Below, in pieces: positions 21,965 to 33,997 of a stretch of DNA of 64,000 nt (positions within the stretch are counted from its first letter, which is position 1; every line of letters begins with the position of its first letter). Source of the DNA: an uncultured Chloroflexia bacterium (lineage in GTDB: Bacteria; Chloroflexota; Anaerolineae; B4-G1; SLSP01); assembly GCA_963751345.1 (NCBI GenBank), contig CAVVUS010000048.1, forward strand, positions 35,477-99,476. Reading direction: 5' to 3'. Position numbers and translations under genes: made by a program. The notes under the pieces are model-generated. The model ran no database searches, had not been told where the DNA came from, and was given only the letters and a program-made list of their open reading frames with translations.

Positions 21965-22636
21965 ATGACCGCTTTGAGAATCGTCGGCAAGGCCGCAGTC
22001 GCCTTCTACGAGGAGCTCTTGTTCTACTTTATCCTGGGGCTGGGGCACGCGCTCAGTTGGGTGCTCATCCTCCCCGGCCCCTTCGTCCTGGCGGGAGTCT
22101 ACACCATCGGACAGAGGGCCGTTCGCGGCTTCGGCGTGAAGTGGTCGATCATCTGGGACGGCATCAAGCAGTTCGGGCTGCGGTCGTTGTTGCTCTTCTT
22201 TATCATCATCTTTGGCTACGGCATGGTCGCGAGCAACCTCTGGTTCTATCACTCACCCAACGTCCCCTCCTTCGCCGCGTCGCTCGCCCCCTGGACGACG
22301 CCGCTCTTTATCGCGCTGGGCGTGCTATGGACCGGTGTCACCTTCTATGCCCAATCGTTCCTGATGGAGCTCGAGGAGCCGCGGATGCTTCTGGTCTTGC
22401 GCAACAGCCTCTTCCTGACCATCATCAGGCCCTTCCAGACGCTCCTGTTCGTCGTGGTGTCCCTGCTCGTCCTCGGGCTCTCCGTCGCCGTGCCTCTGCT
22501 CCTACTCGTCTCGCCGGGCTTCGTCAGTGTGCTTTCGCTGACCGCCGTCCGGACACTCGTGACAGACCTTACCGAAAAGGCGGAGGCCAGAGAACAGAAG
22601 GAGGCAAACGAGGATGCCGAGAACGCCACCCACTAG
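21965..22636 (+). CDS. Membrane protein, DUF624/YesL-like
   Basis: 4-5 TM helices; LRNSLFLTIIRPFQTL pattern; RBS AGGAG. Confidence 0.55.
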   Translation: MTALRIVGKAAVAFYEELLFYFILGLGHALSWVLILPGPFVLAGVYTIGQRAVRGFGVKWSIIWDGIKQFGLRSLLLFFIIIFGYGMVASNLWFYHSPNVPSFAASLAPWTTPLFIALGVLWTGVTFYAQSFLMELEEPRMLLVLRNSLFLTIIRPFQTLLFVVVSLLVLGLSVAVPLLLLVSPGFVSVLSLTAVRTLVTDLTEKAEAREQKEANEDAENATH

Positions 22637-22657
22637 GTGCCCTGCGGAGGCGCCCGA

Positions 22658-23113
22658 ATGACGACAAGCCCGCCTCGATACTGCTATGGCCACCCTCGAC
22701 CCGCGCTCACGGCCGACATCGTGCTGCTAAGGGAGGGCGTGCAGCGCCCGGACGGTCCGGAAGTGCTGCTGATCCGGCGGGGCCATCCGCCCTTCGAGGG
22801 AACGTGGGCGCTGCCCGGCGGCTTCGTCGAGGAGGGCGAGTCCCCGCGGGTGGCTGCCCTACGCGAGCTCTCGGAGGAGACCGGCCTCACCGCAGCCGAC
22901 CTTCACGAGGTCGGCGCATTCGGGGAGCCCGGGCGCGATCCGCGGGGCTGGACCGTCACCGTCGCATTCGCGGCGAGGGGAACCTTTGCAGATGCCGAAC
23001 CGCTGGCCGGAGACGATGCCGCCGAAGCCCAATGGTGGCGAATCGACGCCCTGCCGCCCCTCGCCTTCGACCACGCTGAGATCATCGCGGCGGCGCTGCA
23101 GCGGGAGGGCTGA
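22658..23113 (+). CDS. NUDIX hydrolase (ADP-ribose pyrophosphatase/NrtR-N-like)
   Basis: WALPGGFVEEGESPRVAALRELSEETGL Nudix box; GRDPRG; LAFDH. Confidence 0.88.
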   Translation: MTTSPPRYCYGHPRPALTADIVLLREGVQRPDGPEVLLIRRGHPPFEGTWALPGGFVEEGESPRVAALRELSEETGLTAADLHEVGAFGEPGRDPRGWTVTVAFAARGTFADAEPLAGDDAAEAQWWRIDALPPLAFDHAEIIAAALQREG

Positions 23114-23897
23114 GCCCGCACCCCCTCCGCTGCCTGGCCCCCTCGAACAGCAATATCCCGGCGGCGATCGCCGCGTTGAGCGACTCGGCCCCACGCGCCA
23201 TCGGGATGTGCACGTACGACGCGCCTGCGCGTGCCTCCCTGCCGGCGCCGGCAGCTTCGCCCCCGATCACGAGCGCGACGTCGCCGCACCAGTCGGCATC
23301 GTCATAGGATTGCCCGCGACGGGCCTCGGCAACCAGCACACGGGCGTCCCCCACCCTATCCCAGATCTCATCCCAGCCGGCGCTCCGGATGGGCAGCCGA
23401 AAGTGCGCTCCCATCGCCGCGCGCACAACCTTGGGATTCGTAGGGTCTGCCGTACCCGGAGGGAGCAGGACCTGGGTGACATCTGCAGCCCACGCCGTCC
23501 TGAGCATCGTCCCCAGGTTGCCCGGATCGCGCACCTGATCCGGTATCAGAGCATACTGCGGCCCACCACCAACCGCGAGATCCGGCAGCGGCAGGACGGC
23601 GAGTATCCCCTGCGGCGTAACCGTGTCGGACATCTCGCGCATCAGTTCGTCCGTCACCTCGACGACCACAGTCTCGCCGGCGAAGCCATCGACCAATCCA
23701 GGGGCCTCGTCGCCCGCCGCGAACGCGGCGGTGACAAAGACCTCGACCGGTGTGATCGCCGATGCGCGCAGTTCCCCGACAAGTCGCGCCCCCTCAGCAA
23801 CCATCAACCCCTCACGCAAACGACGGCGGGTGCTGCGCTGGAGCGCAAGCACCCGCCGGACTCGATCGTTGTCGAGGCTACTTACGTGTATCATCAT
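23082..23897 (-). CDS. TrmH/SpoU family RNA methyltransferase
   Basis: DPGNLGTMLR, VRAAMG, GGEAAG, IPM...ESLNAAIA SPOUT motifs. Confidence 0.9.
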   Translation of the reverse strand: MMIHVSSLDNDRVRRVLALQRSTRRRLREGLMVAEGARLVGELRASAITPVEVFVTAAFAAGDEAPGLVDGFAGETVVVEVTDELMREMSDTVTPQGILAVLPLPDLAVGGGPQYALIPDQVRDPGNLGTMLRTAWAADVTQVLLPPGTADPTNPKVVRAAMGAHFRLPIRSAGWDEIWDRVGDARVLVAEARRGQSYDDADWCGDVALVIGGEAAGAGREARAGASYVHIPMARGAESLNAAIAAGILLFEGARQRRGCGLSPPAAAPPR

Positions 23898-23937
23898 CCC
23901 CGATAGGCTAACTCATGTCCCCGCTGACGCGGATCGC

Positions 23938-24630
23938 CTAGGGAATGCAGATCTGTTGTCCTACATAGACGACCGACGGATTGGGGATGTTGTTGACCTG
24001 CGCCAGGTAGTACTGGCTGAAATTGTAGCGCAGCGCGATCCGGAACAGGTTATCGCCGGGTTGCACGACGTAGACGGTCTGGCATCCCGTGGGGACCGAA
24101 GGCGGCGTGGTGGGTGAAGTACTGCCGCCCGCCGGGATCGTCAACGTCTGGCCCACGCTGATCAGGCCGGGGTTGGTGATGTTGTTTGCCTGCGCGAGCG
24201 CCTCCGGCGACAAATTATACTTCAGGGCAATCCGGAAGAGATTATCGCCGGGCTGCACGACGTAGGTCGTCGGACCGCCGCTCGTGACCTCGGCTGTCGG
24301 TGCGGGCGTGGGCTCAGCGGTCTCCTCGGTTGCCGGTGCCTGATCGACGGTAGGTGCCGTCGTGGCTGTGGGCTCCACGGTCGGCTCCAGCGTTGGCTCC
24401 TCGGTCGCCATCGGCGTCGCCTCATCACTCGGAGCCACTGTTGTGAGGGGGGACAACGACTCACCGCCCTGGTCGCTGTTCTCCTGCGCCTCCTGCATCG
24501 CAGCGGTGGCTTCCTCCTCAGGGGTTAGCTCGCCAATAGGTGGGGCGGCTGACCTGCGACAGCCCCCCAAGAAGGCAGTGAGAATCATCAGACCGACCAG
24601 TATTACGGCTAGGGGTTTACGGCCCATCAC
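23938..24630 (-). CDS. Lipoprotein with PT-rich linker and two LysM domains
   Basis: Lipobox LGGC; two YVVQPGDNLFRIAL...NNIxNP...VGQ repeats. Confidence 0.88.
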   Translation of the reverse strand: MMGRKPLAVILVGLMILTAFLGGCRRSAAPPIGELTPEEEATAAMQEAQENSDQGGESLSPLTTVAPSDEATPMATEEPTLEPTVEPTATTAPTVDQAPATEETAEPTPAPTAEVTSGGPTTYVVQPGDNLFRIALKYNLSPEALAQANNITNPGLISVGQTLTIPAGGSTSPTTPPSVPTGCQTVYVVQPGDNLFRIALRYNFSQYYLAQVNNIPNPSVVYVGQQICIP

Positions 24631-24708
24631 AACGCTCCTTTCACGAAGGTTTGTTTCTGATTATACAAATAAAGGTGGCTTCGTGCAAACCCAAATAACG
24701 ATACGAGA

Positions 24709-24796
24709 ATTATACTACCATTCACATGATCCGCGCAAGCCCCACACGTGCAATGTCCCCGCGATTTCTTGACGAAACAGGCCCACGCCATATAAT
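24709..24796. promoter_or_regulatory. Back-to-back sigma70 promoters for the LysM gene (-) and efp (+)
   Basis: + strand TTGACG(24769-74)-16 nt-TATAAT(24791-96); - strand TTGCGC(24738-33)-18 nt-TATAAT(24714-09). Confidence 0.65.
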
Positions 24797-24825
24797 GGTG
24801 GTTCAGGACAGAGTCAGGAGGCCTC

Positions 24826-25383
24826 ATGATCGATGCCAATGAGCTGCGCAAAGGAACCACGTTCTTACTGGACGGCGATCTGTACGAAGTGCTGGAGTAT
24901 CAACACTACAAGCCCGGACGGGGCAACGCCATTATCCGCACCAAAATCCGCAACATGCGGACCGGTAGCATTATCCCCAAGAACTTCCTCAACGGCCAAC
25001 GTTTTGAGGAAGCTCAGGTCGAGCGACTGACCGGCCAGTACCTCTACACGGACGGTGACTCCTTCTACTTCATGGACTCCGGTACCTACGAACAATACCG
25101 TGTGAGCCGCGATCTGGTGGGCGACCAGGCCGGCTTTCTCAAGGACGGTATGGAGGTCGCCCTCACCGTCTACGAGAATGAGGTGATGGGAATAGACTTG
25201 CCGGCCTCGATCGAGCTCGAGGTCGTCCAGACGGAGATGGCCGTGGCGGGCGACACCGCCACAGGAGCCAGCAAGACGATCGTGTGCGAGACCGGCCTGG
25301 AAGTACAGGTTCCGCTCTTCATCAACGTCGGCGACGTGATCAGGGTGGACACGGCCAAAGGCGAATACCAGACCCGCGTGTGA
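24826..25383 (+). CDS. efp: Translation elongation factor P
   Basis: HYKPGRGNAIIRTK, QYLYTDG, AGDTATG, ETGLEVQVPLFI; 185 aa; RBS AGGAGG. Confidence 0.96.
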   Translation: MIDANELRKGTTFLLDGDLYEVLEYQHYKPGRGNAIIRTKIRNMRTGSIIPKNFLNGQRFEEAQVERLTGQYLYTDGDSFYFMDSGTYEQYRVSRDLVGDQAGFLKDGMEVALTVYENEVMGIDLPASIELEVVQTEMAVAGDTATGASKTIVCETGLEVQVPLFINVGDVIRVDTAKGEYQTRV

Positions 25384-25499
25384 CCGGCCTGCCTGCCGCC
25401 AGACATTTCCATAGGTTCACGTCAGCGGTGCGGCGCATCCGACTTGAGGCGCCGCACTAATGCTGCTACCGGCTCGATGGCGCACTTAGGAGGAGTGGG

Positions 25500-27018
25500 G
25501 TGACCGACGTGACGCGACCTTTCATCGCTGTGCCCTCTTGGCCGCTCCGCGCCATCGGCCATCTGCTGCCGGAGACCGCGATCTGGCTGGCCGGCGGGGC
25601 TGTGCGCGACCTGCTCCTCCATCGGGTGCCGCATGATTGGGATCTGGTCCTTCCGGGGTCCGGACTGGGAATTGCGCGGCGGGTCGCCAACGCCCTCGGC
25701 GGCGCTTACTATGCCCTCGACCACGAGCGCGGAACGGGACGTGCCATCGTCAAACATCCGGCGTCCGGAGAGACGGCGACGATCGACTTCGCGGCCATGC
25801 GGGGTGTGGACATCGACGAAGACCTCCGCACACGCGATTTCACCATCAACGCGATGGCGCTCACTCTGGACGGATGCATCGTCGATCCGACCGGAGGGCA
25901 GGCGGATCTGGCAATCGGCAGACTCAGGATGGTAAGCCCCACATGCTTTCAGGACGACCCTGTGCGGTTGCTGCGGGCGATCCGCTTGTCGATGCAGTTG
26001 GCCTTGGTCATCGAACGTGAGACCGACAGCCCGCATCCGCGCGGAGGCGGAGAGCATCCTAGACGTCGCCTCTGAGCGCGTCCGCGCGGAGCTGATGATC
26101 CTGCTGTCGCTACCGGCCGCTCCCGAGGGGGTGCTGAGACTCCTTGAGGTCGGGCTTCTCCCGCTCGTGCTACCGGAGGCTGTGACCGCAGGTGACGCGG
26201 ATGCGGTGCCCGCGGCGGCTACGCTAGCGCAGGTATCGCACATCGACGCAGCCATAACGGGAGACGGCTCTGCCACGCCGCACGCAACTAGGGGTTCCTC
26301 GGGACTGCGTGAGCTTGCTCTGTCGCGCGAGCATAGGTCCCGTCTGGCGCCCTACCTCGCCCACCAGGTCGGCAGCGAGACGACGCGAGCCGACCTACTG
26401 CGCTGGGCAGCGCTCTTCTCCGACGCTCCTACTATTGAGCTCGGCACAGGCGCAGGCCGGCGCGGAAGCGGCCCGGCTGGCGGAGGCAAGGATGGCGGAG
26501 CTCCACTTCTCCAGAAACGAAATGGCGTTCGTCCGCCTGACGCTCATCGGGCAGGATGCCTTCCAGGCGCTCCTGGGCGCGGAGGGTGCGAGTTCGGCCG
26601 TCATGGCCAGGCGCCCACGGCGCTGTCACGGCGCCGAGCCGGCGCATGGCCTTCCGCTATTTCCAGACCACAGCGTGACGCAGGGATCGCGGCTGCGCTC
26701 CTCTTTCTCGCACGTACGCGAGCCCACGTTACACCATCCGAGGAACCGGAGGCATGGTCTCCCGCCATCGTCGTGGCCACAGCACTCTTCGAGGCCTACT
26801 TCGAGCACCGGGAGGAGATCGTCGATCCTCCGCTGCTCCTCTCAGGAGACGACGTGATGGCGATGGGCGTCCCCCAGGGGCCGCTGGTCGGCCGGCTCCT
26901 CGTGATGCTCCGCGAGGCCCAGGCAGCCGGCGAGGTCGTTTCCGTCGCCGGCGCAGATGCGCTGATCCGCCAAGCCCTGTCCTGCAGCGTGCCCGCGGAG
27001 GGCTCTCGTGAGCGCTGA
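25500..27018 (+). CDS. CCA-adding/poly(A) polymerase family tRNA nucleotidyltransferase (frameshifted)
   Basis: GGAVRDLLL..DWDLV, EDLRTRDFTINAMA, DDPVRLLRAIR, ERVRAEL, LLSGDDVM..GVPQGP.VG. Confidence 0.82.
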
Positions 27019-28520
27019 TCTGCACGCTATGGACCGCGCAGACGCGGCGCAGGACCCTACACCTGCGACACGCAGGCCTGCGCAGAGCGGGCTGGCTCTG
27101 TGCAGGCCTGCTAAGCCTGCTCTGTGCCGCCCCGCTGCTGGGATGCCAACCGATTGAGCCCTCTGCGACGCCGACGGCGACGCGCACGCCGATCCTGCCC
27201 ACGTCCACGCCCACACCGCCACCCACCGCAACGCCCACGCCCACCGCGACGCCGACCCTGACCCCCTCCCCCACGCTCCCTCCCGGCCTCGTGCTGCCGC
27301 TCCAGCCGTCACGCGCCGAGGCCTGCCCGCCGCTCCCGACCGATCTCTACTTTCTGCGCAGCGGCGACCTCTGGGTGTGCCTCGCTGAGGGGGGCACGCT
27401 CGACAGCGTGGCGGTTGCACCGGATGCGCAGGGGAAGGAGATTGTCGCCTACCGCGTGACGCCGGACCAGCAGAGGATTGCCTACGTGACCGATGCGGGC
27501 GAGCTCTACGTCCTCGACCGGGCCACAAGGGAACACACACGGCTGCCCACCGCGGGAAGGTTGGTTGACGCACTCGGCACCTACTTCGAGATCACCGCCG
27601 ATGGCAGTACCGTGATCTATCTGGCCTGGGGCGTGCAGGCAGGGAGCGGGCCTGCCCTCGAGGAAGCCGGAAGCGGCGTGCTGTTGGCCGCATCGGTGGA
27701 CACGCCGACCCTGCGAGCAGCAGGAGTTAGGGCCTTGCCGTGGAACGCCTACCACCCCATGCCGGGGCTTCTCTCTATCTCCCGACGAAAGCGCACTCGC
27801 CGCTGTCGACCGCCAGGGCTTGTGGTTGATCGATCGAGCGGCGCCGGAGACCCCGAGGCTGCTCGGCCACACCGAGAACTCCGCGATCGACGTCCGGTCC
27901 TGGGCACCGGATGGGCGCTGGCTGCTGGTAGAGGTCGCCGGGGATGGCGGCCCCGCGCTGGCGCTGGTTTCGACGGAAGCCGAGGATCAGCGTTATCGAC
28001 GCGTCACCCCTGTGCCCCGAAACGCCCTGCTCCATTGGCACGGCGTGGGCCGCGACGGAGGATGGGACCCCGGAACTGTGGGTGACCTACGACACCGGCA
28101 CCCATGGCTGCGCGGCCCACGTGGCGTGGGATCTGGAGCGCAGTGTTGCGCCCGTGACCGCCGACTGCCTGGCGGCAACCGCACCGCTCCACCCGCGCGC
28201 GCCCTTCGCCGGCGGCGACTTCCTCCCCCCGGGTGCCGGCATGGCCTTTCTGCAGGGAGGCATTCCCGGGCTGACGGACGGTGTCTATGCCCTCGGCGAC
28301 GATGGCTATCTGATCCCCATTGCGCTCCTCCTGCAGGGCGCCGGCTATCCGGACGCCCCTGACGGGCTCCTGTGGTCGCACAACGGTGCGGCATTCCTGG
28401 TTGTGGATCCGGCACGGCGCTCCCGCGCGTCTGGGCGTGATCCCCCTGCTCGCCTTCTGGGACGTCGGCGATCTGCTCGCGGGTGCTCACAGCCTGACCT
28501 GGGCGGAGATGAGACCATGA
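27008..28520 (+). CDS. Hypothetical lipoprotein with PT repeats and beta-propeller-like repeats (multiple frameshifts)
   Basis: LLGC lipobox then TPTAT repeats; fragments TPDQQRIAYV, SWAPDGRWLLV, WSHNG across frames; ends ATGA-coupled to the next gene. Confidence 0.5.
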
Positions 28521-30142
28521 CGACATTGGGGAAGGGCTCTGGGCTGGAGGCCACGTCCGCGGCACACGCTTCGTCCAGGATCTATAGATCCTGGGTCCTG
28601 CTGCCCCTGGCCCTATCGATCTCACTGGTCGCGCTCTGCCTGGGCCTCCTGCAATCGTGCACCCCACCGGCCTTGCCTAGTTCGTCCTATCGCGTGACCC
28701 TCGTGGCCGATGGTCGCGAGCAGACGATCGAGACTGCGGGCGGGACGGTATCGTCCCTGCTGTCCGAGGCCGGAATCCTGATCGGCCCGCTGGATCGCGT
28801 GACCCCCCCGGAGACTACGGCGCTGTCGGATCTCCTGACCGTGACGGTGGTGCGGGTCGAACAGAACAGCCTCGTCATAACGCAGACACTGCCGTTCGGG
28901 CGGCAGGTAGTCCGTGATGCGTCCGTGCCCGCCGGTGAGACACGCCTCCTGCAGACCGGCCAGTCGGGCATCCTGGAGCGTCACTATCGTATCACGTTGG
29001 AGGACCGCCGGGAGGCTGAGCGCGTGCTGGTGCGCGACGTCGTGGTGCAGCCTCCTCGGGATGAGGTCCGTCTCGTCGGGGCCAGACCTCAGTTGGAGAA
29101 CGTCCCGATCACCGGAACGCTGGCCTTCCTCAGCAATCAGGACGCCTGGGTGATGAGGGAGAGCTCCTTCCAGCGGCGCGGGCTCACGGTGCTCGGGGAT
29201 CTCGACGGCAGGGTCTTCACCCTCTCCCCCGACGGGCGGTATCTGCTCTTCACGCGCGGCGTGACTGAATCGGACCACCTCAACAGCCTGTGGCTGGTCG
29301 CGACGACCGAAGCTGCACCCAATCCGATCCCGCTCAACGTCAGCGACCTTCTGTGGGCGGGTTGGGCGCCCAAGGGGCGCTCCATCGCCTGGACCACCGC
29401 CGAGGTCACCGAACAAGCGCCAGGCTGGAGGGGCACGAACGACCTCTGGACTGCCGACGTCACCGACCCGGAACACGCTGGCGTCGCGGCGCAAGGTGCT
29501 CGAAGCGGAAGCGCGGCGGTGGCTATGGATGGTGGGGCACGCGTTACGCGTGGTCGCCTGAAGGTGACGCGCTCGCCTTCAGTCGCCCTGACAGCGTGGG
29601 CATCGTCTCGGTCCCGTGACGGGGAGATGACACAACTCCTGGAATTCCCGGCTTTCCGCACTTTCAGCAGTTGGTCGTGGAATCCCGCCCTGGCGTGGTC
29701 ACCCGACGGCGAGCTTCTCACGACGGTGGTGCACGATGGGGGCACGGGCGACAAGCCTGAGGAAAGCCCACTCTTCCACCTGGTCACCTTGTCTCCTGCG
29801 GGCGATCTCACAGCCACGCTCTCGCTGGAGGTGGGCATGTGGGCGGCCCCAACGTACAGCCCCGACGGAGAACGCTTGCTCTACGGACGGGCCATCATCC
29901 CCTATCAGAGCGCCACCAGTCTCTACACGCTCTACCGGATGGACCGCGACGGCTCTGACCAGCATCCGCTCTACGCCCCGGCATCGGGCGAGGGGCTGGA
30001 AATCCCCGAGTGGGTGTGGAGCCCCGATGGCGCTACCATCGCCTTCGTGCAGTCCGGAGACATCTTCGTGCTCAACGTGGCCTCGGGCGCGGCCGAGAGC
30101 CTGACCGACGAGGGCACGGTCACAGCCCTTCGCTGGCGCTGA
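28517..30142 (+). CDS. Lipoprotein with ubiquitin-like (DUF348) + G5 domains and TolB/PD40-like beta-propeller (compensating frameshift near 29470-29600)
   Basis: LLQSC; VTLVADG...TVSSLLSEAGI..LDRVTP; G5 LPF...D...AGETRLLQTGQSG; repeated WSPDG. Confidence 0.7.
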   Translation: MTTLGKGSGLEATSAAHASSRIYRSWVLLPLALSISLVALCLGLLQSCTPPALPSSSYRVTLVADGREQTIETAGGTVSSLLSEAGILIGPLDRVTPPETTALSDLLTVTVVRVEQNSLVITQTLPFGRQVVRDASVPAGETRLLQTGQSGILERHYRITLEDRREAERVLVRDVVVQPPRDEVRLVGARPQLENVPITGTLAFLSNQDAWVMRESSFQRRGLTVLGDLDGRVFTLSPDGRYLLFTRGVTESDHLNSLWLVATTEAAPNPIPLNVSDLLWAGWAPKGRSIAWTTAEVTEQAPGWRGTNDLWTADVTDPEHAGVAAQGARSGSAAVAMDGGARVTRGRLKVTRSPSVALTAWASSRSRDGEMTQLLEFPAFRTFSSWSWNPALAWSPDGELLTTVVHDGGTGDKPEESPLFHLVTLSPAGDLTATLSLEVGMWAAPTYSPDGERLLYGRAIIPYQSATSLYTLYRMDRDGSDQHPLYAPASGEGLEIPEWVWSPDGATIAFVQSGDIFVLNVASGAAESLTDEGTVTALRWR

Positions 30143-30309
30143 GCCCCCAGCCTCACTAGCGCTTTCCGACAAGCTCCGGCCCTCTCGCCGTTGAGAGCCA
30201 CGGTTGGCACGCGGGGGTTTGCGGCTATAATGCCGGGCATGTTCGCGCGCGCGCCGCACACTGGTGTGCGCGGAAGCGAGCAATCGTACAGGCTAGCCAG
30301 GGAGCAATC

Positions 30310-31276
30310 ATGCGCGTCTTGATCACCGGCGCCACCGGCTTTGTCGGGGCCCACCTTCGCCGCTACCTACTGGACCACACCGTGGACACCCTCGTCGGTA
30401 CCGTATACCCGGACCCGCCGCACGATCCCGCACCCAGCTCCCGCGAGCACCTGCGATATCTCGACCTCTGCGATGCCGGGGCAACCGCAGAGCTAGTCAA
30501 CGAGGTCCGGCCCGACGCCATCGTGCACCTGGCCGCACAGTCGCACGTGCCGACGGCGTACAGCGATCCCTGGGCGACGTTACGTAACAACATCCTCGGC
30601 CAGCTCAACCTGCTTGAGGCGTGTGTGGCCGGCGGTCTGGCGCCGCGCATCCTTGCCGTCGGGTCAGGCGAGGAGTATGGGAGGGCCGGCGAGGCTGACC
30701 TACCGCTGACCGAGGAGCATCCCCTGCGTCCCGAAAACCCCTACAGCGTGAGCAAGGTAGCCCAGGACGTGATGGGCTATCAGTACTTCATCAGCTATGG
30801 CCTGCCCGTGATGCGGGTCCGGCCTTTCAACCACGTAGGGCCCGGCCAGTCACCCCGCTTCGTCCTCCCGGCGTTCGCGAGCCAGGTGGCGGAGATCGAG
30901 GCCGGTCTGCGAGAGCCGATCCTCAGCGTCGGCAACCTTGAGCCGGCGCGCGACTTCACCGATGTCCGCGACGTCGTCGCAGCCTATGCTCTCATCCTGC
31001 GGCGCGGCACGCCCGGCGACGTGTACAATGTGGCGTCAGGCCGGGCCCACACCGTGAGGACCCTGGTCGACCAATTGGTTGCCCTGGCGGGCTATGCCGA
31101 TCGAGGTTCGTATCGATCCCGAGCGGTATCGGCCGGCCGACATTCCGATCATCTACGGCAGCGCTGCCAAACTGCAGCGCGACACGGGCTGGGAACCACG
31201 CATTCCCCTGGCGCAGACCATCCGGGACGTTCTCGCAGAGTGGCGCGTCAGGGTTGGGTCGGGCGGCACGGCGTAG
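30310..31276 (+). CDS. rmd: GDP-4-dehydro-6-deoxy-D-mannose reductase-like SDR (frameshifted near 31090)
   Basis: GATGFVG, HLAAQSHV, GSGEEYG, PYSVSK, RPFNHVGPGQ, RDFTDVRD; adjacent to gmd. Confidence 0.7.
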
Positions 31277-32311
<1,035 letters not shown>

Positions 32312-32315
32312 GGGC

Positions 32316-33745
32316 ATGGCAGACATCAACTTTGGCACCGATGGGTGGCGCGGCACAATCGCCGAGGACTATACGTTTGCGAACGTGCGGCGGGCCAGCC
32401 AGGCATATGCGATCTACCTGCAGCAGCACGGGTTGGCCGGCAAGGGTCTCGTCGTCGGCTACGACCAGCGATTTGCGTCAGATCGATTCGCGGCGGCGAC
32501 GGCCGAGGTGATGGCAGCCAACGGCATCCACGTGTGGCTGACGTCGCACAACACGCCAACCCCCACGATCAGTTACGGCGTCGTGGATCGCCAGGCCGGT
32601 GGGGCTGTCAACATCACGGCGAGCCATAACCCTCCTGCCGACAACGGCTTCAAAGTCCGTGACCCGGTGGGTGCAGCCATCGCGCCCGAAGGACTCAAGG
32701 AGATCGAGAGCTATCTCCCGGCGATCGGCCGATAGCGTCAAACGGATGCCGATCGCGGCAGCGGAGGACGCGGGTCTGGTCACGCGCTGGGATCCCGATC
32801 CGGCCTACATCGCCCACCTCGGCGATCTCGTGGATTTGCAGCGACTCAGGAGCGGCCGGGCTGAAGATCCTCGTCGAGCCCATGTGGGGCAACGCGCGCC
32901 GGCTGGTTCCCAGGCTGCTTGGCGGCGGGACGAACACGCTCTGGGAGATCCACGCGGGCCACAATCCGCTCTTTCCCGAGATGCAGCGGCCGGAGCCCAT
33001 CGAGCCCAACATCACACCAGCGCTGCAGCGTTCTGCAGAGCTGGGCGCCGACGTACTCCTGATCACCGACGGCGATGCGGATCGGATGGGTATCGGCGAC
33101 GAGCACGGCGTCTTCGTTGACCAGCTCCGTGTCTTCGGGCTGCTGGCCTACTATCTCCTCGAATACCGCGGCCAGCGCGGGCCGATCGTCAAGACGGTCA
33201 GCTCCAGTTCGACGCTGGATCGCCTCGCGGAGATGTACGGCGTCCCGATCTACAAGACCGGCGTTGGCTTCAAGTACGTCGCGCCCAAGGTCGTCGAGGT
33301 CGATGCGATGATCGGCGGGGAGGAGAGCGGCGGCTATGCCTTCCACGGGAACGTGCCGGAGCGCGACGGCATCCTCGGCAACCTCTACTTCCTTGACTTC
33401 ATGCTGCGCACCGGCAAGACGCCATCCCAACTCGTGGATGAGCTCTTCGACAAGCTGGGGCAAGCGTACTACTACGACCGCATCGACACACGCTTCCCGT
33501 CGCAGAAACGGCCTGAGGCGCGTGCGCGCATCGAGGCGGCTAGGCCGGAAACCATCGCGGGCATCCCTGTCACCGGCATCGTCACCCTCGACGGCTTCAA
33601 GTACGAGTTGGGCGACAAGGGATGGCTGCTGATCCGCTTCTCGGGCACCGAACCCATCATCCGCGTCTACTGTGAGGTGACCGACAAGGCCCTCGTCCAG
33701 CCTGTCCTGGACGCCGGGCTGGAGCTCGCGGGACTCAAAGACTGA
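32316..33745 (+). CDS. Phosphoglucomutase/phosphomannomutase family (frameshifted)
   Basis: [34 protein letters not shown]. Confidence 0.92.
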
Positions 33746-33784
33746 AGGTCGGCCGAAGACGGGACGGAGAGCCCTTCCGCTGTC

Positions 33785-33880
33785 GTAGAGACGCCCCGGC
33801 GGGGCGTCTTCTGCGCGGCAAGTTTACCCCGGACGCGGTCCACACACGCCGCGGAAGACGGGGCACCGCCCCGTCTCTAC
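33785..33880. repeat. REPIN-like pair of inverted GTAG-type REP palindromes
   Basis: GTAGAGACGCCCCGGCGGGGCGTCTTC (33785-33811) and GAAGACGGGGCACCGCCCCGTCTCTAC (33854-33880). Confidence 0.75.
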
Positions 33881-33997
33881 CGGCGGCCTTCCGCGACGTG
33901 CGTCCTCCGCACGGTCTCGTTATAACCGTTTTGTAACCTTGCGTGTACTCCACATGGCCTGCCTCCGTGCTATGCTACCAGTGTATAGAGGACATCC

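Noticed and set aside
27165-27285. ACGCCSAC-type DNA repeats (also near 47660-47800 and 24300-24420)
   Set aside because: Explained by Pro/Thr-rich protein linkers, so they are not independent DNA elements.
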